From contig OZ024750.1 of NCBI GenBank assembly GCA_964016885.1, positions 26,164,001 through 26,228,000 on the forward strand: DNA of 64,000 bases. Reading direction: 5' to 3'. Positions 46,447 through 62,810 of this stretch are shown piece by piece. The translations under genes were made by a program, and so were the position numbers. The notes beneath the pieces are model-generated. The model was given only the letters and a program-made list of their open reading frames with translations. It did no database searches and was not told where the DNA came from. Source of the DNA: Eledone cirrhosa (Eukaryota). The number at the start of each line of letters is the position of its first letter. Position 1 is the stretch's first letter.

Positions 46447-46861
46447 CTTCATATCCATGTTTGTGTATTTTTAGCTGTAATAATCTCCCGGTCTTCTTGC
46501 TTCTATTTCTATTTTCTTTTTTCCTTTCTCTTTCTCCTTCTTCATCTTTCTCTGCCTCTTTTTCTGTTTCCTTCTTCATCTTTCTTTCCTTTCTCTACCT
46601 TCACTATTTCTATCTCGCCTCTTTTATTTCTATCTGTACCTCTATTATTACTACTATTTTGATGTGATAGTTTGAACTCGTAAATTTGCCGGTTACGAAT
46701 TTATTTGTATGTTCTTTCTCTCTTTCTTCTTTCCCCCTCCCTTCCTTTCCATCTGTACTCCTTCTTCTGTTTCTCTTTATATCTTTATTATTAATATTAA
46801 TATTGATGTGGTAATTTAAAATTGTAAATTTACCGTTATGCATATTTCTTTTATTTTCTCT

Positions 46862-46967
46862 TGGTCTCTGACGAAATGATAGAGATAACATGTGTTTTAA
46901 ATTGAGCGACACTGCTTTCTGTGTTTAGCAATTTTTAGACAACTCTATCATAGAATAAGTAAGACTG
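46862..46967 (+). ncRNA. Hammerhead-like motif with one core change
   Basis: TGGTCT-CTGACGA-A-ATGATAGAG...CTCTATCAT-A-GAAT-AAG-TA-AGACTG. Confidence 0.5.
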
Positions 46968-47160
46968 TAAGTAAATTTCCTTGTTTGTATGTCGACCATG
47001 TTATTCAATTTTTCAATTTTATTATTCAAAGATATACTTACACAATAATACAAGTGAAGTAATAAACTCGTCATCAACGTAAACCTCTTGTTCAGTCTTT
47101 CAACGCCGTACGCTTAAACTATTCACGATAAGAAGTTTTCACAACCTCTAATCGGATTAC

Positions 47161-47242
<82 letters not shown>

Positions 47243-47337
47243 TTTTATATCAGTTATAAAATATTTACTCGTTAAATAAAACTTTTGCATATATTTTGCT
47301 CCAATACCGTTGAGCGCTTTATATTATAACTGAAAAA

Positions 47338-49571
47338 ATGGAATTCTTTAAGATCTCTTCTTCTCTAAAAGACATACCTCTACCTAGAAACAAGGACTTT
47401 ATTAAACAACTAATAGATAAATCAGACTCCTTTATAAGGAGAATTAGGTGGCGTGCATTCCACTTTGATAAATCTAAATCTAACGTAAACGAAAATGTCT
47501 CAGACCTAGACAGAGTCTTCAAATCTAAAAAAAATCCACCCCCCAACAAACTTTTGAATGATTTTGAAAACGATATAATTTCTATCATACAAGGAGTCAG
47601 ATTCAAGAGAAACTTCAATGGCCAGGAATATCTGAAAGGCATTAGGGATAACATTGCGAGCTTAGAGAGAACAGAGAAGATCTTGGTGAAATCGGACAAA
47701 ACCAACAACCTCTATGGAGTAGAAAAAGACATGTATAATGGCCTCATACTGAAAGAACTAAGGAAAAAGTACAAGGTAGCAGATAAGGCTGAACTTGAGA
47801 AAATGAATGTTGAGGCATCATGTATAATGCATGAGTTGGAAATTGAGAACAAAACACAACCTTTCGTGCCTAGGAAACCCAAGATCAATATGAAAGATCA
47901 CAAGAGAAATTTTGAAAATGACTTGCCAGTCAGGTTGATTGCACTATCAAAATCTGACCTGGGTAAACTTAGCAAGAACATTCTAGACAGAGTGATACAG
48001 CAAATTAAGGACTTGAATTGTTTACCTGGCTTGACCTTGTGGAAGGGAACTGGGGAGGTCATTGAGTGGTTTAATGAAATTAAATATAACAATAATAATA
48101 AATTTATTCAACTAGATATTGCTAACTACTATTCATCCATTACCCCTAATCTACTTAATAAGGCACTAAATTACGCATTCAAGCATACAGACCTGACTAG
48201 CAATGAAATGCACATTATATTATCGGCAGGGAAAACTTTGATAGAATTTAATAACCAACTATGGACTAGGGCAGATAGAGATAATAATTTTGACATTACT
48301 ATGGGATCATCAGACTCAGCTCAGGTAACGGACCTTCTGGGCCTATTTATAATTAATTCGCTGCATAGGAAAATACCCGGTGTTACCGGTGGTTTATATA
48401 GAGATGACATGCTTTTACTTATTGAAAATAATAACTCTGAACTAAATAAGAAAATAAAATAAATTATACAATTTTTTAATTACCTTAATCTTAAAATAGA
48501 AATTGAGAATAACCATAGAATAGTCAATTTCCTAGACGTAACATTTAATCTCAACACATGTCTTCACTATCCATTTCACAAGTTAAATGAAAACTTGAAT
48601 TATGTCAATTTTAGCTCCAATCACCCCAGATCTGTCAAAAATACTATAGTGAACTCTGTTCAAAAACGTATCTCTAGAATCTCTTCCAATAAAAATATTT
48701 TTGACGAAAAAGCCCAGTATTATAATGAAGCTTTAGCTAGAGCAGGATATAGTGATAAAATTATGTACATCGATAATAGACAAACTAACCAAAATAACAA
48801 CAATTTTAATTACAGTAACAACTTTAACAACTATAATAGAAAGCACTACAATAATTTCAAAAACCAGAAAAGAAATAGAACTAGAAATATAATATGGTTT
48901 GCCCCCCCCCCCCCCCTTTCTCACTAAACATTAAAACCCACATCGCTAAACTATTTTTTAATGCTCTTGACAAACGCTTCCCTAGAACACATAAGTATCA
49001 CTCAATTTTTAATAGACATACTATAAAATTAACGTACTCGTCCACCAAAAATTTAGCACAAAATATTAATAGAATAAATAATAGGAATCTAAAACCTAGC
49101 CAAAATACCGAAAATAGCCTAAACAATATTCAACTAAAAAACTGTAACTGTAGAGATAGATCTAAATGTCCGCTAAATAACAATTGCTTAGTTAAAAATA
49201 TAATATACAACTGTAATGTTAGAACTGATTTAAATTCTTTTAATTATGTTGGTTCCACCTCGACAGAATTTAAACTTCGCTATAATAATCACAAAAATTC
49301 TTTCACGGATCCAAATAAAAAATCCTCAACATCGCTGTCAGGGTTACTCTGTCAACTTAAGCATGATAAAGTTGGCTATTCGATGGTTTGGAATATAGTC
49401 TCAAAAGGGATTCCTTTTAATTCCTCTTCTGAGACATGTGACCTCTGCGCGGAGGAGATATTCTTTATACTAAAATCAAAAAATTCCCTTAATTTACGAA
49501 CCAATTTATTCAGCTGTTGCAGACATAGATTGAACTCAACATTTAAATATAAATATAAATTTAAAATGTAG
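47338..49571 (+). mobile_element. Penelope-like element (Naiad-like) RT + GIY-YIG ORF with two lesions
   Basis: LDIANYYSSI, MGSSDSAQVTDLLG, YRDDM, CNCRDRSKCPL, YVGSTSTEFKLRYNNH, CDLC; in-frame TAA at 48460-48462, frameshift in the C run at 48902-48916. Confidence 0.9.
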
Positions 49572-50800
49572 TATAAAATGTAGTATATTTACTTAAGGTA
49601 TTTGACTATTTATGAAACTTGGCGATAAATCTTTCGATTCCTTCAATTTTTAAAACCTTTCTGCATGAATATATAATTAATGAGATTAAATAAACTACCC
49701 TAAAATTGGCGTTGCTCCCAATCTTTTGAATAAATTTTTTAAGCTGGATAAACTTCTATAATAAATATAAGAGCATTTGTAGAATAAGTTTTGAATGATT
49801 TCTGCTAAATAAGGCTTGGTGAACAATTTTGGTTTGTTTGCTTTTGATTCTGATTCTATGTGACCGATATGCGTGGCATACTATGTTCTCTTGCGTCCCT
49901 AGATACTCTGTGGAGTGACGAAGATATTCTTGGCGTTTTTAATTTTAATTTTAATATTGATATCTGTTGTCTACTCTATGCTTGATCGATGATCATGCAA
50001 GTGAGGCTGAAATGTTATTTTAGATGTTAATGTAAATCTTATATATTTTATGTCTATATATATGTATATATGTATGTAAATGTATGTAGGGTGGAATCTT
50101 TTGTAACGCATTGAAGTTTTTCATGAAATATAAGAATATGTGCAGCGTATCACGTAGGTTCACATGTGCGTCTATATTTATCAACTTGAATTTGAGATAA
50201 CCTTCTCTTTTCTCTTTTTTTTTTCACGAGAATGCATATATACTTATGTTTGAAGTTTTATCTCAAATTTTGCTTATAGACCTAAGAATTTTTAAACTGA
50301 GCATGTGGTCATTTTTTCACACTTTATGGATATGTGTCTCATTCATGAATACTGATATTTACATTATAACACCTAATTCATAAAAATTGATAATTCAAAT
50401 GGATGAGACATAATATATTTTTAATATATTTTAAATATATCATCTTTCTTTCTTTTTCTCCTTTACACTAGTTTAACTGTATCCCTTCCCTTAACCTCTC
50501 ACATATACGATGATCATCTGTCCAAAGGCAGCCTACTATATATATTTTTTCACCTCCTCAATGTATTTCTCTCTATCATATCTCCTTGTCTCTCTATCTC
50601 GCTCCGTTGTTTTTCTTTACATACATCTCTTCATCTTCTTCTTTTTTATTTACATACATCTCTTCATCTTCTTCTTCTCATCTTCGTTTTTCTTTCTATA
50701 TAACTGTCATAACAGTTTCACTACCAAATCAACTTTTTAAATGGAAGTTGCATTATTACAAGGTATGTCACTAATTATTTATAAAACAGCTTATGTATTG

Positions 50801-50866
50801 TATTTTGTCTGAGGAAGGCATAACATATTTTTAATATGATATCCCAGAAATATATATAACGAAATA
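50801..50866 (+). ncRNA. Type I hammerhead in PLE 3' region
   Basis: TATTTTGT-CTGAGGA-AGGCAT...ATCCCA-GAAA-TATATA-TA-ACGAAATA; 8-bp stem I; (TA)n ~40 bp downstream. Confidence 0.7.
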
Positions 50867-51026
50867 AATATGGTTTTATAAATATAGTTTCCATTTGTTT
50901 AATATCGTATATATATATATATATATATATTGAAGTGTTCATTCTACTGTCATGGCTATAAAATTGAGGCTTGTTTGCATAATTGCAAGCGAATCGAATG
51001 TTACTAATATTCGAAAAACTGTTATC

Positions 51027-51102
<76 letters not shown>

Positions 51103-51117
51103 ATATTATATATATAG

Positions 51118-51400
51118 GATAACAGTTTATCGAATATTAATAACATTCGATTCGCTTGCAATTATGCAAACAATACTCAATTTTATATCCATGACAGTAG
51201 AATGAAGACTTTAAACTTGCTCCTGTGTTAGCAGACACTAATGTTTCTGGGTATCACCCTTCATCAGTGCAGTCTACTGTTCTTCTACAAAACCGTCAGA
51301 GCCAGTGAAAATATATACTATTTTCAAAAATACAGAGTGACTCATTGGCCTCATTTGCATATCAGTAGACTGGCCAGTCAGTTTCCTGTATACGAGAGAT
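51118..51400 (-). mobile_element. Family C element (HHR 51231-51270); inverted tail at 50931-51027
   Basis: GCA-CTGATGA-AGGGTgatACCCA-GAAA-CATTAGTG-TC-TGC. Confidence 0.7.
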
Positions 51401-51679
51401 AAATGGCCGACTTTGCCAAATTTAAATAAAAGAGACAATTTATATATACAAATATATACACAACAAAGCCTGCAGCTCCATTCTCCTTCGCTGTCTCCTC
51501 TCCCTTTCTCTATGTCCCTCTTTCAATCTACTCTCTTACAACCACTATCTCTCTCTCTCTATCTTTCACTCTCTGTCGTGTGTGTTGGTGTGTGGTGGGT
51601 GCAGGTGTGTGCGTGCATGTGTGTGTATGTGTGTGTGTGAAATATGATGTTTAATATAGAAATCTTATATATATTTCAG

Positions 51680-51814
51680 AATGCCGAATAGGAAAGTTTG
51701 GTGTTGATTGTAAAGAGACATGCCATTGTATCAACAACACAAACTGTGACCATCGAAATGGAAGTTGTTCAGATGGATGTACTGCAGGTCATACTGGTGA
51801 CAATTGCCAAGAAA
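51680..51814 (+). CDS. EGF-like repeat exon, phase 1-1
   Basis: AG/GT, 135 nt, ECRIGKFGVDCKETCHCINNTNCDHRNGSCSDGCTAGHTGDNCQE. Confidence 0.85.
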
Positions 51815-51979
51815 GTATATCATAAACTTGTTACATAATTACAATAATTACTATATACACACACACATATATATGTGTATGTGTGTGTGTGTGGGGGGGG
51901 GGGGGGTACAGGTGTGTATGTGCATGTGTTTGTGTGTGTAAATATGATGTTTAATATAGAAATCTTATATATATTTCAG

Positions 51980-52114
51980 ATTGCCCAGTAGGATGGTTTG
52001 GTGTTAATTGTAAAGGGACATGCCATTGTAACGACAATATTAACTGTGACATCCTTAATGGAAGTTGTTCAGATGGATGTACTACAGGTTATGTTGGTGA
52101 CAATTGCCAAGAAG
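51980..52114 (+). CDS. EGF-like repeat exon, phase 1-1
   Basis: AG/GT, 135 nt, (D/N)CPVGWFGVNCKGTCHCNDNINCDILNGSCSDGCTTGYVGDNCQE. Confidence 0.85.
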
Positions 52115-52269
52115 GTATCTCATAAACTTGTTACGTATTTGCTACACACACACACACACACATACACACACACATACACACACACATACACCCACACACA
52201 CACACACACTCACTTCAATCTAGATTCTCACTTGTACATTTTTGAATTTTTAATTTTTGATTCCTGACT

Positions 52270-52919
52270 TTTGATTTTTAATTTTTAGTTTTAATTTCCA
52301 ACTCTCATTCATAATTTCCACTGTGAAACCATAATACCTAGAATTAAGTATATTTTCTCTTAGAGGTTGATGGTCAATTCTACTGTCCATCCTTAATGTA
52401 GGGTAGTATTGAGACCTATTGATACTCACACTCTCCCAACCCCACTAGCTTTCGGCTGACTGCCACTGACCGGGTGGCTAACAGTAAACCATATATTACA
52501 GGCCTGAATAGGTCAGTGTTTGTTTGAGAGGGGGAACTGCCTAGGCGAATTTCGTTGAATTCTGTGGTAGCTGATGGTCAATCCTTCGGACCTGCGCCTG
52601 CGCAGACCGGTGGGGGTGAATTGGTACTCACAAGGGAAACGGACGAAGAACCCTAGAACACACACTTCGTCCGTTCCCATGTCGATTCAATTTGGATGGC
52701 CTCGGAAACATAACCTTATTATGCAACAAGCTGTCTGACGATGTCGCGGCACTGGCGCACGGAATAGTCTGTCCACTGTCGCCATTGAAATATGTATCAC
52801 AGCATTAATATTAAAGGACTTTAACATCTGAAACTACTTATTCGATATTTACTCCGTCACTCCTATGTGGAATAAGTACGTTGAGTGCTACAATTGAATT
52901 ACATCAATATTTACCTTAA

Positions 52920-52920
<1 letters not shown>
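52270..52920 (+). mobile_element. Family D HHR-containing repeat (HHR 52730-52803)
   Basis: GCTGT-CTGACGA-(long imperfect stem II)-GAAA-TATGTA-TC-ACAGC; followed by (TA)n. Confidence 0.7.
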
Positions 52921-52969
<49 letters not shown>

Positions 52970-52970
<1 letters not shown>

Positions 52971-53330
52971 AATGTAATTTGAGTTTTTTCGAATATTAAT
53001 ACCATTCGATTCGCTTGCAATTATGCAAACAAGCCTGAATTTTATAGCCATGTCAGTAGAATGAACACTTCATTCTTGCTCCTGTGTTGGCATGCGAAGA
53101 GAACTGCAGACACTGATGTTTCTGGGTAGCACCCATCATCAGTACAGCCCACTGTTCTCCTGTAACACCATCACAGCCTGTGAAAATATATGCTATTTTC
53201 AAAAATACACAGTGACTCATCGGCCTAATTTGCATATCAGCAGACTGGCTGATCAGTCAGATCTGCATATTAGCCAGATTTGCATTTTAGCAGACTGGCC
53301 TGTCAGTTTCCTGTATATGAGAGATAAATG
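52970..53330 (-). mobile_element. Family C element with canonical HHR (53104-53147)
   Basis: CTGTA-CTGATGA-TGGGTgctACCCA-GAAA-CAtcagTG-TC-TGCAG, GUC cleavage triplet. Confidence 0.85.
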
Positions 53331-53620
53331 GCCAACTTTGCCAAATTTAAATAAAAGAGACAATTTATATATACAAATATATACACAACAAAGCCTGCAG
53401 CTCCATTCACCTTCGCTGTCTCTTCTCCCTCTCTCTGTGGTCCTCTTTGAATCTACTCTCTTACCACCACAATCTCTCTCTCTCTATCTTTCACTCTCTC
53501 TCTTGTGTGTGTGTGGATGTGTGGTGGATGTGTGGTGGATGCAGGTGTGTATGTGCATGTGTGTGTGTGTGTGTGTGTGTAAATATGATGTTTAATATAG
53601 AAATCTTATATATATTTCAG

Positions 53621-53755
53621 AATGCCGAATAGGAAAGTTTGGTCTCAATTGTAATAGGACATGCCAGTGTATCAACAACACAAACTGTGACCATCGAAAT
53701 GGAACATGTTCAGATGAATCTACTAAAAGTCGTACTGGTAACAATTGCCTAGAAG
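53621..53755 (+). pseudogene. Decayed EGF exon (duplicate of 1942-2076)
   Basis: GG donor, lost Cys (SDESTKSR). Confidence 0.75.
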
Positions 53756-53782
53756 GGATATCATAAACTTGTTACGTATTTA

Positions 53783-53848
<66 letters not shown>

Positions 53849-53939
53849 ACACACATACATACACTCACACATACACACGCATACACTCAGACACGCACAA
53901 ACGCACACACATATATATTTTTTTGGGCCTGTCTACGTG

Positions 53940-53971
<32 letters not shown>

Positions 53972-54139
53972 CATGTGTTTGTGTGTTTGATGTTTAATAT
54001 AGAAATCAATTCTACTGGACTAGAATAGTTTTATCCAAAGAAAACATCACGAAATGGCTTTCCTGATGATTACGTTTGAATGAAATAGTTCTAATAGTTT
54101 TAAATGTATATATATATATATTCTATATATATATAGAAC

Positions 54140-56065
54140 TGGTCATTCCGTATGGTCCACCTCGATGTAATATTATGGTGAGCACTCAACGTAATGCAAC
54201 TCAACTGTCTTCGTTTGTGTTGTTGGTGGTGCGAGTACGGAGTTAATTATTATAGAATAACAGGAGGCTGGACTGGTGTAATTCCTTGAAAGGTTTATTA
54301 TACTATGATCATTTCAATGACAGGGTTCAGTATGAATCCGGTGACATCATCAGGTATTCAGAATATAACAAAGGAATATAATACACAAAATCCATGGGGC
54401 TGAAAATCAGAGACATGAGGACGACCGAACATTCAGGAGCTTCTACCTCGGTCGACCGCCCCCAATTGTTTCTATACAGATGAGAGACGTGTATTTACGC
54501 TTAAACAATGAATCAATCTGTTACAATTAATAATTTATGTCCAGTGTTACTACGTTAGCATAGCAAATTGCATTACTAATGATTTAGAATAGTGATACTT
54601 TTACTATCATGAGTGTGAATTGCCGCTGTTGAAAGATGTAGTGAACAATTAAGTTGATATAATAGACTTAAACATGCTTACGTTCAATTATATCATACCA
54701 TATATAAACGCAAGCCTCTCCGAGATATTACCATACCAAGCAAGTTAGAGGTGTAATATCTTAGACGGTTATCATAAGACCATACGTTAGGAAGTACGTC
54801 TGTAGACGCATAGCTTAAAAAATACGCACGGGTGGGTATATTCATATATAAACATACGTACGCACGTGTTTGTACATCCTCCAATGCATATACTCGTAAA
54901 TATACGCAGATACATAGAATAAGTGTACATGCACACATGGTAATACGAGGTACGTAATATAGTTAGTACCAGTTATAAGACACAAACCGGTATTCACACG
55001 CCGTAGTGCATTTTGATAGAATTCTTTACATTTCCGGAAATATTCGTTGTTCGACCATATCTTAAAGAAGTGGAAAATTGTGAATTTTCCCTTCCTGCAT
55101 GATGCGAAGTGTTCACTGCATGTGGTGTTTCTGACAGTGGGATCTCCAATTTATTTTTTATGGACCCGAACCCTATCATGTAGACCCGTTCTCAAATGTA
55201 GTATTCTTCACGTTGTGGGCAGGTCACACATTAAATTAAGGTTTTTGTTTTGCAATTCACGCTTGCCTTAAATATGAAAATGTCATTGTTTTAAAAGGAG
55301 ATTTGCCCTCTCTCTTCAATGAATGAACAAGTTCCGTATCAAGGGTTCCCGCATTTCTTAACTTACATTGATTCATTGTCGGACGTAAATTTCGCCTCAA
55401 TAAACAGTATTTTTAAAGTTAGGTGCTTGGCGTCTACTATATAGTATTTGTGAGTCTTTTATGAGTGCTTTCATTTTGGAGGACTGCTTGAGAATCGGGA
55501 GATATTGTTTAGAGTCTTTCATGATGTTGAAGTTCTGGGCTATTCTGGGCCTTGGAGATGGCCGTATTGATGAAGTTCACCGGATAGTATATTAAGGAGC
55601 TCTTTTAGTTCATATAATCTTTTTTCCTATAGTGTGGTTTGTGTTACTATGGTGCAAATGCGTTTTGTCATATAAAAGGGAATGTTCCTTTTGGTATGTG
55701 AGTGGTGTGCTGACAGGAAATTCAAGTACTGGTGTGTGTCTGTTCGTTTGTAAAATAGGTCTGTTTTTATATTTTCCCCTTCTTTAATGATAGTGATATC
55801 CCAAAACGGTCGTCCCTTTTTGTTTCAATCCATGGTAAATTGTCTTGCTTCGTGAAGCCTGTTTATGATGAAATGGAATCTTTGTAGGTCTCCTTGGCTT
55901 CTATTAAAGAAGATGAAGCAGTCGTCTAGGTAACATTTGCAGTTGTTATTAATGTAGGTGGCAAAGTCATGACTGAAAGCGTCTTGCAGCTGGGAATATA
56001 ATTTTACCTCTAGGTGACCCAAGACGAGTGTTACATATGTTGGGGCTACTTTGGTGCCCATGGCT
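54140..56065 (-). mobile_element. Duplicate of decayed PLE (HHR motif 54300-54357)
   Basis: Copy of 2485-4410. Confidence 0.75.
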
Positions 56066-57476
56066 GTTTCTTTTGTGTATGTATGTATATATATATTCCT
56101 GCGATTGTCTGTTTTTTCTTCTTTCTTTTCTGTTATTCCGAACTATATATATATATATACATAATATTTTACCTTTGAACAGAAATACACGGACTAGCTG
56201 CCGGTTATATAGGGATACTTTTGTTGGTCCCATTTATGTTACTTGTACTTGTGATTGCAGCGGTCATGTACAGGTATGTGATTTCTTGTATCAATACAAT
56301 TGTTAGAAGTAATTGGTGAATTTCAATCTGTCTGATGTTTAGATTTAGAATCAATAAAATTGTATTTTTCTTTTATAATTGTATATTGTGTAATTGACCT
56401 TCGTATGTTTCAGCGATGAGTTTTCAATATGATAACTTATTTTCCCAGTTGTTCGGTGAATATTAATGACCACGTATAATATTAAATGTACTAATTGCAG
56501 CGTTTGACTAATTATTGCCTCATAATTTGAGCAGGACATTTAAAAAATTTCTTTTTCACACAAACATAGTAATTGTGTTTGATAGGCTAAAACAAGCTTT
56601 GCCTTGATGTTATTTCAATAGAGATACATCAGGCATAAAGTTGGAAACTGTAAAGTATTACATCATGTTCTCAATATTGTGAATTTCCTATATATTTCAT
56701 ATTAGTATTTTATTGTTTTGACTAGAAATATTTTGATTAGCTAATTACATTTTCTATAGCCCAAGCAATATCAAGTTTATTTTTTATACCGTTACAATTA
56801 CAAAATGTCACGAGTCATAGGCATACTTATTGAAACAGTTTATAATTGAGTCTAATATGTTAGAATCTTTTAAAAATATCCTTTAAAAAATACTCGTACG
56901 AATTAAATACAAAATTTTCAGTCGAAAACAAAAGCAAATTACTTCAAATTATATAATTTTGAAAAATAGATGTGAATGTTCTCAAAGACTTGATCTCAGT
57001 CAAATAATCTTTTTTTAATTTTTATTCTATATTTTACTGTTAGCTGTTGCCATATTTTGAGTGGATAGACAATTCTACAATTCAAACTGTAAAGTCAAAA
57101 TATAAAAGATACAAAATGTGAAGGATTTCTTACCTTTCTCTGGAATCTCAAACTCAAGGGAAAAATAGTACCTTGCAAAATAGAGTGCTTCGATCACAAA
57201 CTTAGTTGCAAAGAATAAATTGAGATGCTTGGTGACAGTGAGCAAGAAAAATCTGTATCCCTTATATATATACATAGATAGATAGACACGCACACACATG
57301 CACGCACACACGCACACACACATACACGCACACACACACTTGTGTGTGTGTGCGTGTGTGTGTGTGTGCCTTGTTTTTGGTACAGAAAGAATTTTTGTCT
57401 CCAGTTTATATTTCCGTATTCCCGGGTCAAAGGCCACTGTTCTGTTCAACAACGTAAAATAACGCCATACAGACAC

Positions 57477-57535
<59 letters not shown>

Positions 57536-57631
57536 CACGTATCTATATATATATATATATATGTGTAGTGATAGAACACTGGAAGGTAATATCCGTAGTG
57601 GTTGAGCACTCTGTCCATGGGACGAGTTAGG

Positions 57632-59931
<2,300 letters not shown>

Positions 59932-60132
59932 AATGTATATATATATATATATAACGTAGGAGGTGTGGTACGGAACCAGATGGATCATAATGCACCAGAT
60001 TACTCAATACTTGGGTAGTAGAGTGGGTAATAGGAACATGTTTAAGCCGTTTCGACGGCTGTTTCTGGACTCCAGAAATAACCGTCGAAACGGCTTGAGC
60101 ACTGCCGTCGGGGTTAAACATTTTCCTATATA

Positions 60133-60166
<34 letters not shown>

Positions 60167-60231
60167 AATGAAGAGAGAATGTGGGTAGGACAGAGAGAGA
60201 GTAAGAAATGTGTCTGTGTGTTTGGTACCCG

Positions 60232-60266
<35 letters not shown>

Positions 60267-60267
<1 letters not shown>

Positions 60268-60804
60268 CCCATTTGTGGCGCCTCCCCCCTATTGGGGATT
60301 TCGATTGTTGAAATTGTTTGTTTTTATAGTTTTTACACGACTGTATGTAAAATCCCCGGCATGTCTTTGTATTGTCCCCTTTCTTGTTGCGCCCTTGTGG
60401 CTAATAAAGAAATCTATCTATCTATGTATCTATCTATCTATTGGAGATTTCGATTGTTGAAATTGTTTGTTTTTATATTTTTTACACGACTGTATCTAGA
60501 ATTTACTGAAAGGTGGGCGAATGAAGTGAATATCGCCCGAGTGATTGGGCCTTCTCTGTTTATAAGCCTGTAGGTTAAAGAAGAGAACAAAAGGAAGAAA
60601 GGAGAAATTGCACAATACGCTCCTGGAGTAGAGGGTTGTTCTATCGACGGGTATTAAACAACCCATTTGTGGCGCCTCCCCCCTATTGGGGATTTCGATT
60701 GTTGTAATTATTTGTTTTATATTTTTTACACGACTGTATGTAAAATCCCCGGTATGTCTTTGTATTGTCTCCTTTTCTTGTGCGCCCTTGTGGCAAATAT
60801 AGAA

Positions 60805-60861
<57 letters not shown>

Positions 60862-62810
60862 ACTACCTGGACTTGGAGAAACCACAGTTGTCAAGGTGAA
60901 CGGCTACCTCTCGGAGCCGTTCCATATTACGCGATCCATTCGACAGGGATGCCCTCTCTCCTCCCTTCTGTACGTACTGACTCTCGAGCCACTACTGCGG
61001 AAGCTGGAGCTATTGCAGGGCATCCTTCTGGAACCGGGACTGCGGAAAGCGGCGTCGGCCTACGCCGACGACGTGACAGTAATGGTGTTGAGCGCCTCAC
61101 AAATCGAGGAAGTCGGCACCTTACTAAAGGAATACGAAAGTCTCACAGGAGCGAAGCTGAACCGGGACAAGTCCATCGGTTTGCAACTCGGATCGTGGAG
61201 AGGCAGACCGATGCCTTCCGATGGCGTCGTCGGACGCTGGACGGAAGGACCGGTAAAGCTGCTCGGGGTCTGGTTTGGTCCGGACCTCCAGGTGGAGAAG
61301 AACTGGAACGAAGTGACGGCCAAGGTGTTTGCACTCACCCAGAAGTGGGCCGAGTGCAAACTATCCTTGAAAGGTCGAGCGGAGGTGGCGAACACTTTTA
61401 TAGCGTCCGCCATCTACTACCGCTTGACCGTCGTGCCTTGTCCAGCCAAAACGCTCGCCAAAATGGAGCGCGCTGTTCCGATTCCTTTGGAAGAGGCGGG
61501 CTCCTTTGGTGAGAAGATCCATCTGCTGCCAACACCCTTCTAACGGAGGGCTGGGGTTGCCGTGGTTGACGATGCGCAAACACGCGCTCAGGCTGCGGCA
61601 TCTCTACGTATTCCTCACCGGACAACCGGTGTGGGCCCCGTTCGTGAGGCGAGCCTTCCCACGACTCGTCTCGCTGACCGAGCTGCAGTCCTGGGTCAAG
61701 CAGAGACCGAGGAAAATGGGCGACTGGCACATCGAATGTGCTCAGGTGCTCACAGCCCTCTGGCAGGCGGACCCGGCGATCAGTGGAGACTCCACTTCAT
61801 CATTCTATAGAGGGTTGGTCCGCAGCAAGTGCGACGACGCGCTCGGTGAAACTCTAGGCGTAGAGGAAGATGAACTGGCCAGTCTGTTCGGTAGGACCTT
61901 CCGCCCGGGACCGATGGACAACTTCCAAAAGTCCCTGGCCTGGCAGTGCTACCGAGGAGCTCTACCAGTTCGAGACAAGCTCTACAGACATGGGCGCCCG
62001 GGCAGGGACCCTGCAAAAGAGATCTGTCCGAGGTGCGTGCGAGACGAAGAAACCGTCGCGCACGCATTCATACACTGCCCGGGCGTCACTGACCTGTGGG
62101 GCTATGTAGAACGACTATTGTCGCGGGTGGGACCGATCCAGTTGACCACCGAGTCCATTGTCATGATCAAACCGCCACCCTCCTTCAAAAACGAAGGAGA
62201 GGCGGTTTTCCTTTGTGTGATAGCTATGGCGAAAGAGGTTGTATGGTGGACAAGGTTGAAAGGGCTGAGGTCAGACACCTTTCTCTCCGGCCAACAACTG
62301 ATTCTTTTTTTCAAATACCACTTTGGAAGAAGAATCAGGATGGAGAGAGAGGTGCTGTACCCCAGCAAGTTTTATGAAAGGTGGGTGAAAGTGGCGAGAA
62401 TGGCCCGAGTGAATGGGCCTTCTCTCTATATCAGCCTGTAGGTTGAGGAAAAGGAGGAGGAGAGGAAAGGAGTACAAGCTCTTCGTACTCCTGGAGATGA
62501 GGGTTGCACATTTTTTTCGGGGGTATGTGTTACCCATATAAACTGTCTCCCTCTATTGGGGAAAATCGACTAACTTTTAAATTCCATCTGTGATAACATT
62601 TTACACGTTTTTATTGTATGTAAACTTCCCCCTTTGTATTTGTCCCCTTCTTTTGTGCCCCTGTAGCTAATAAAGAAATATATCTATCTATTGGAGATTT
62701 CGATTGTTGAAATTGTTTGTTTTTATATTTTTTACACGACTGTATGTAAAATCCCTGGCATGTCTTTGTATTGTCCCCTTTCTTGTTGCGCCCTTGTGGC
62801 TATTAAAGAA

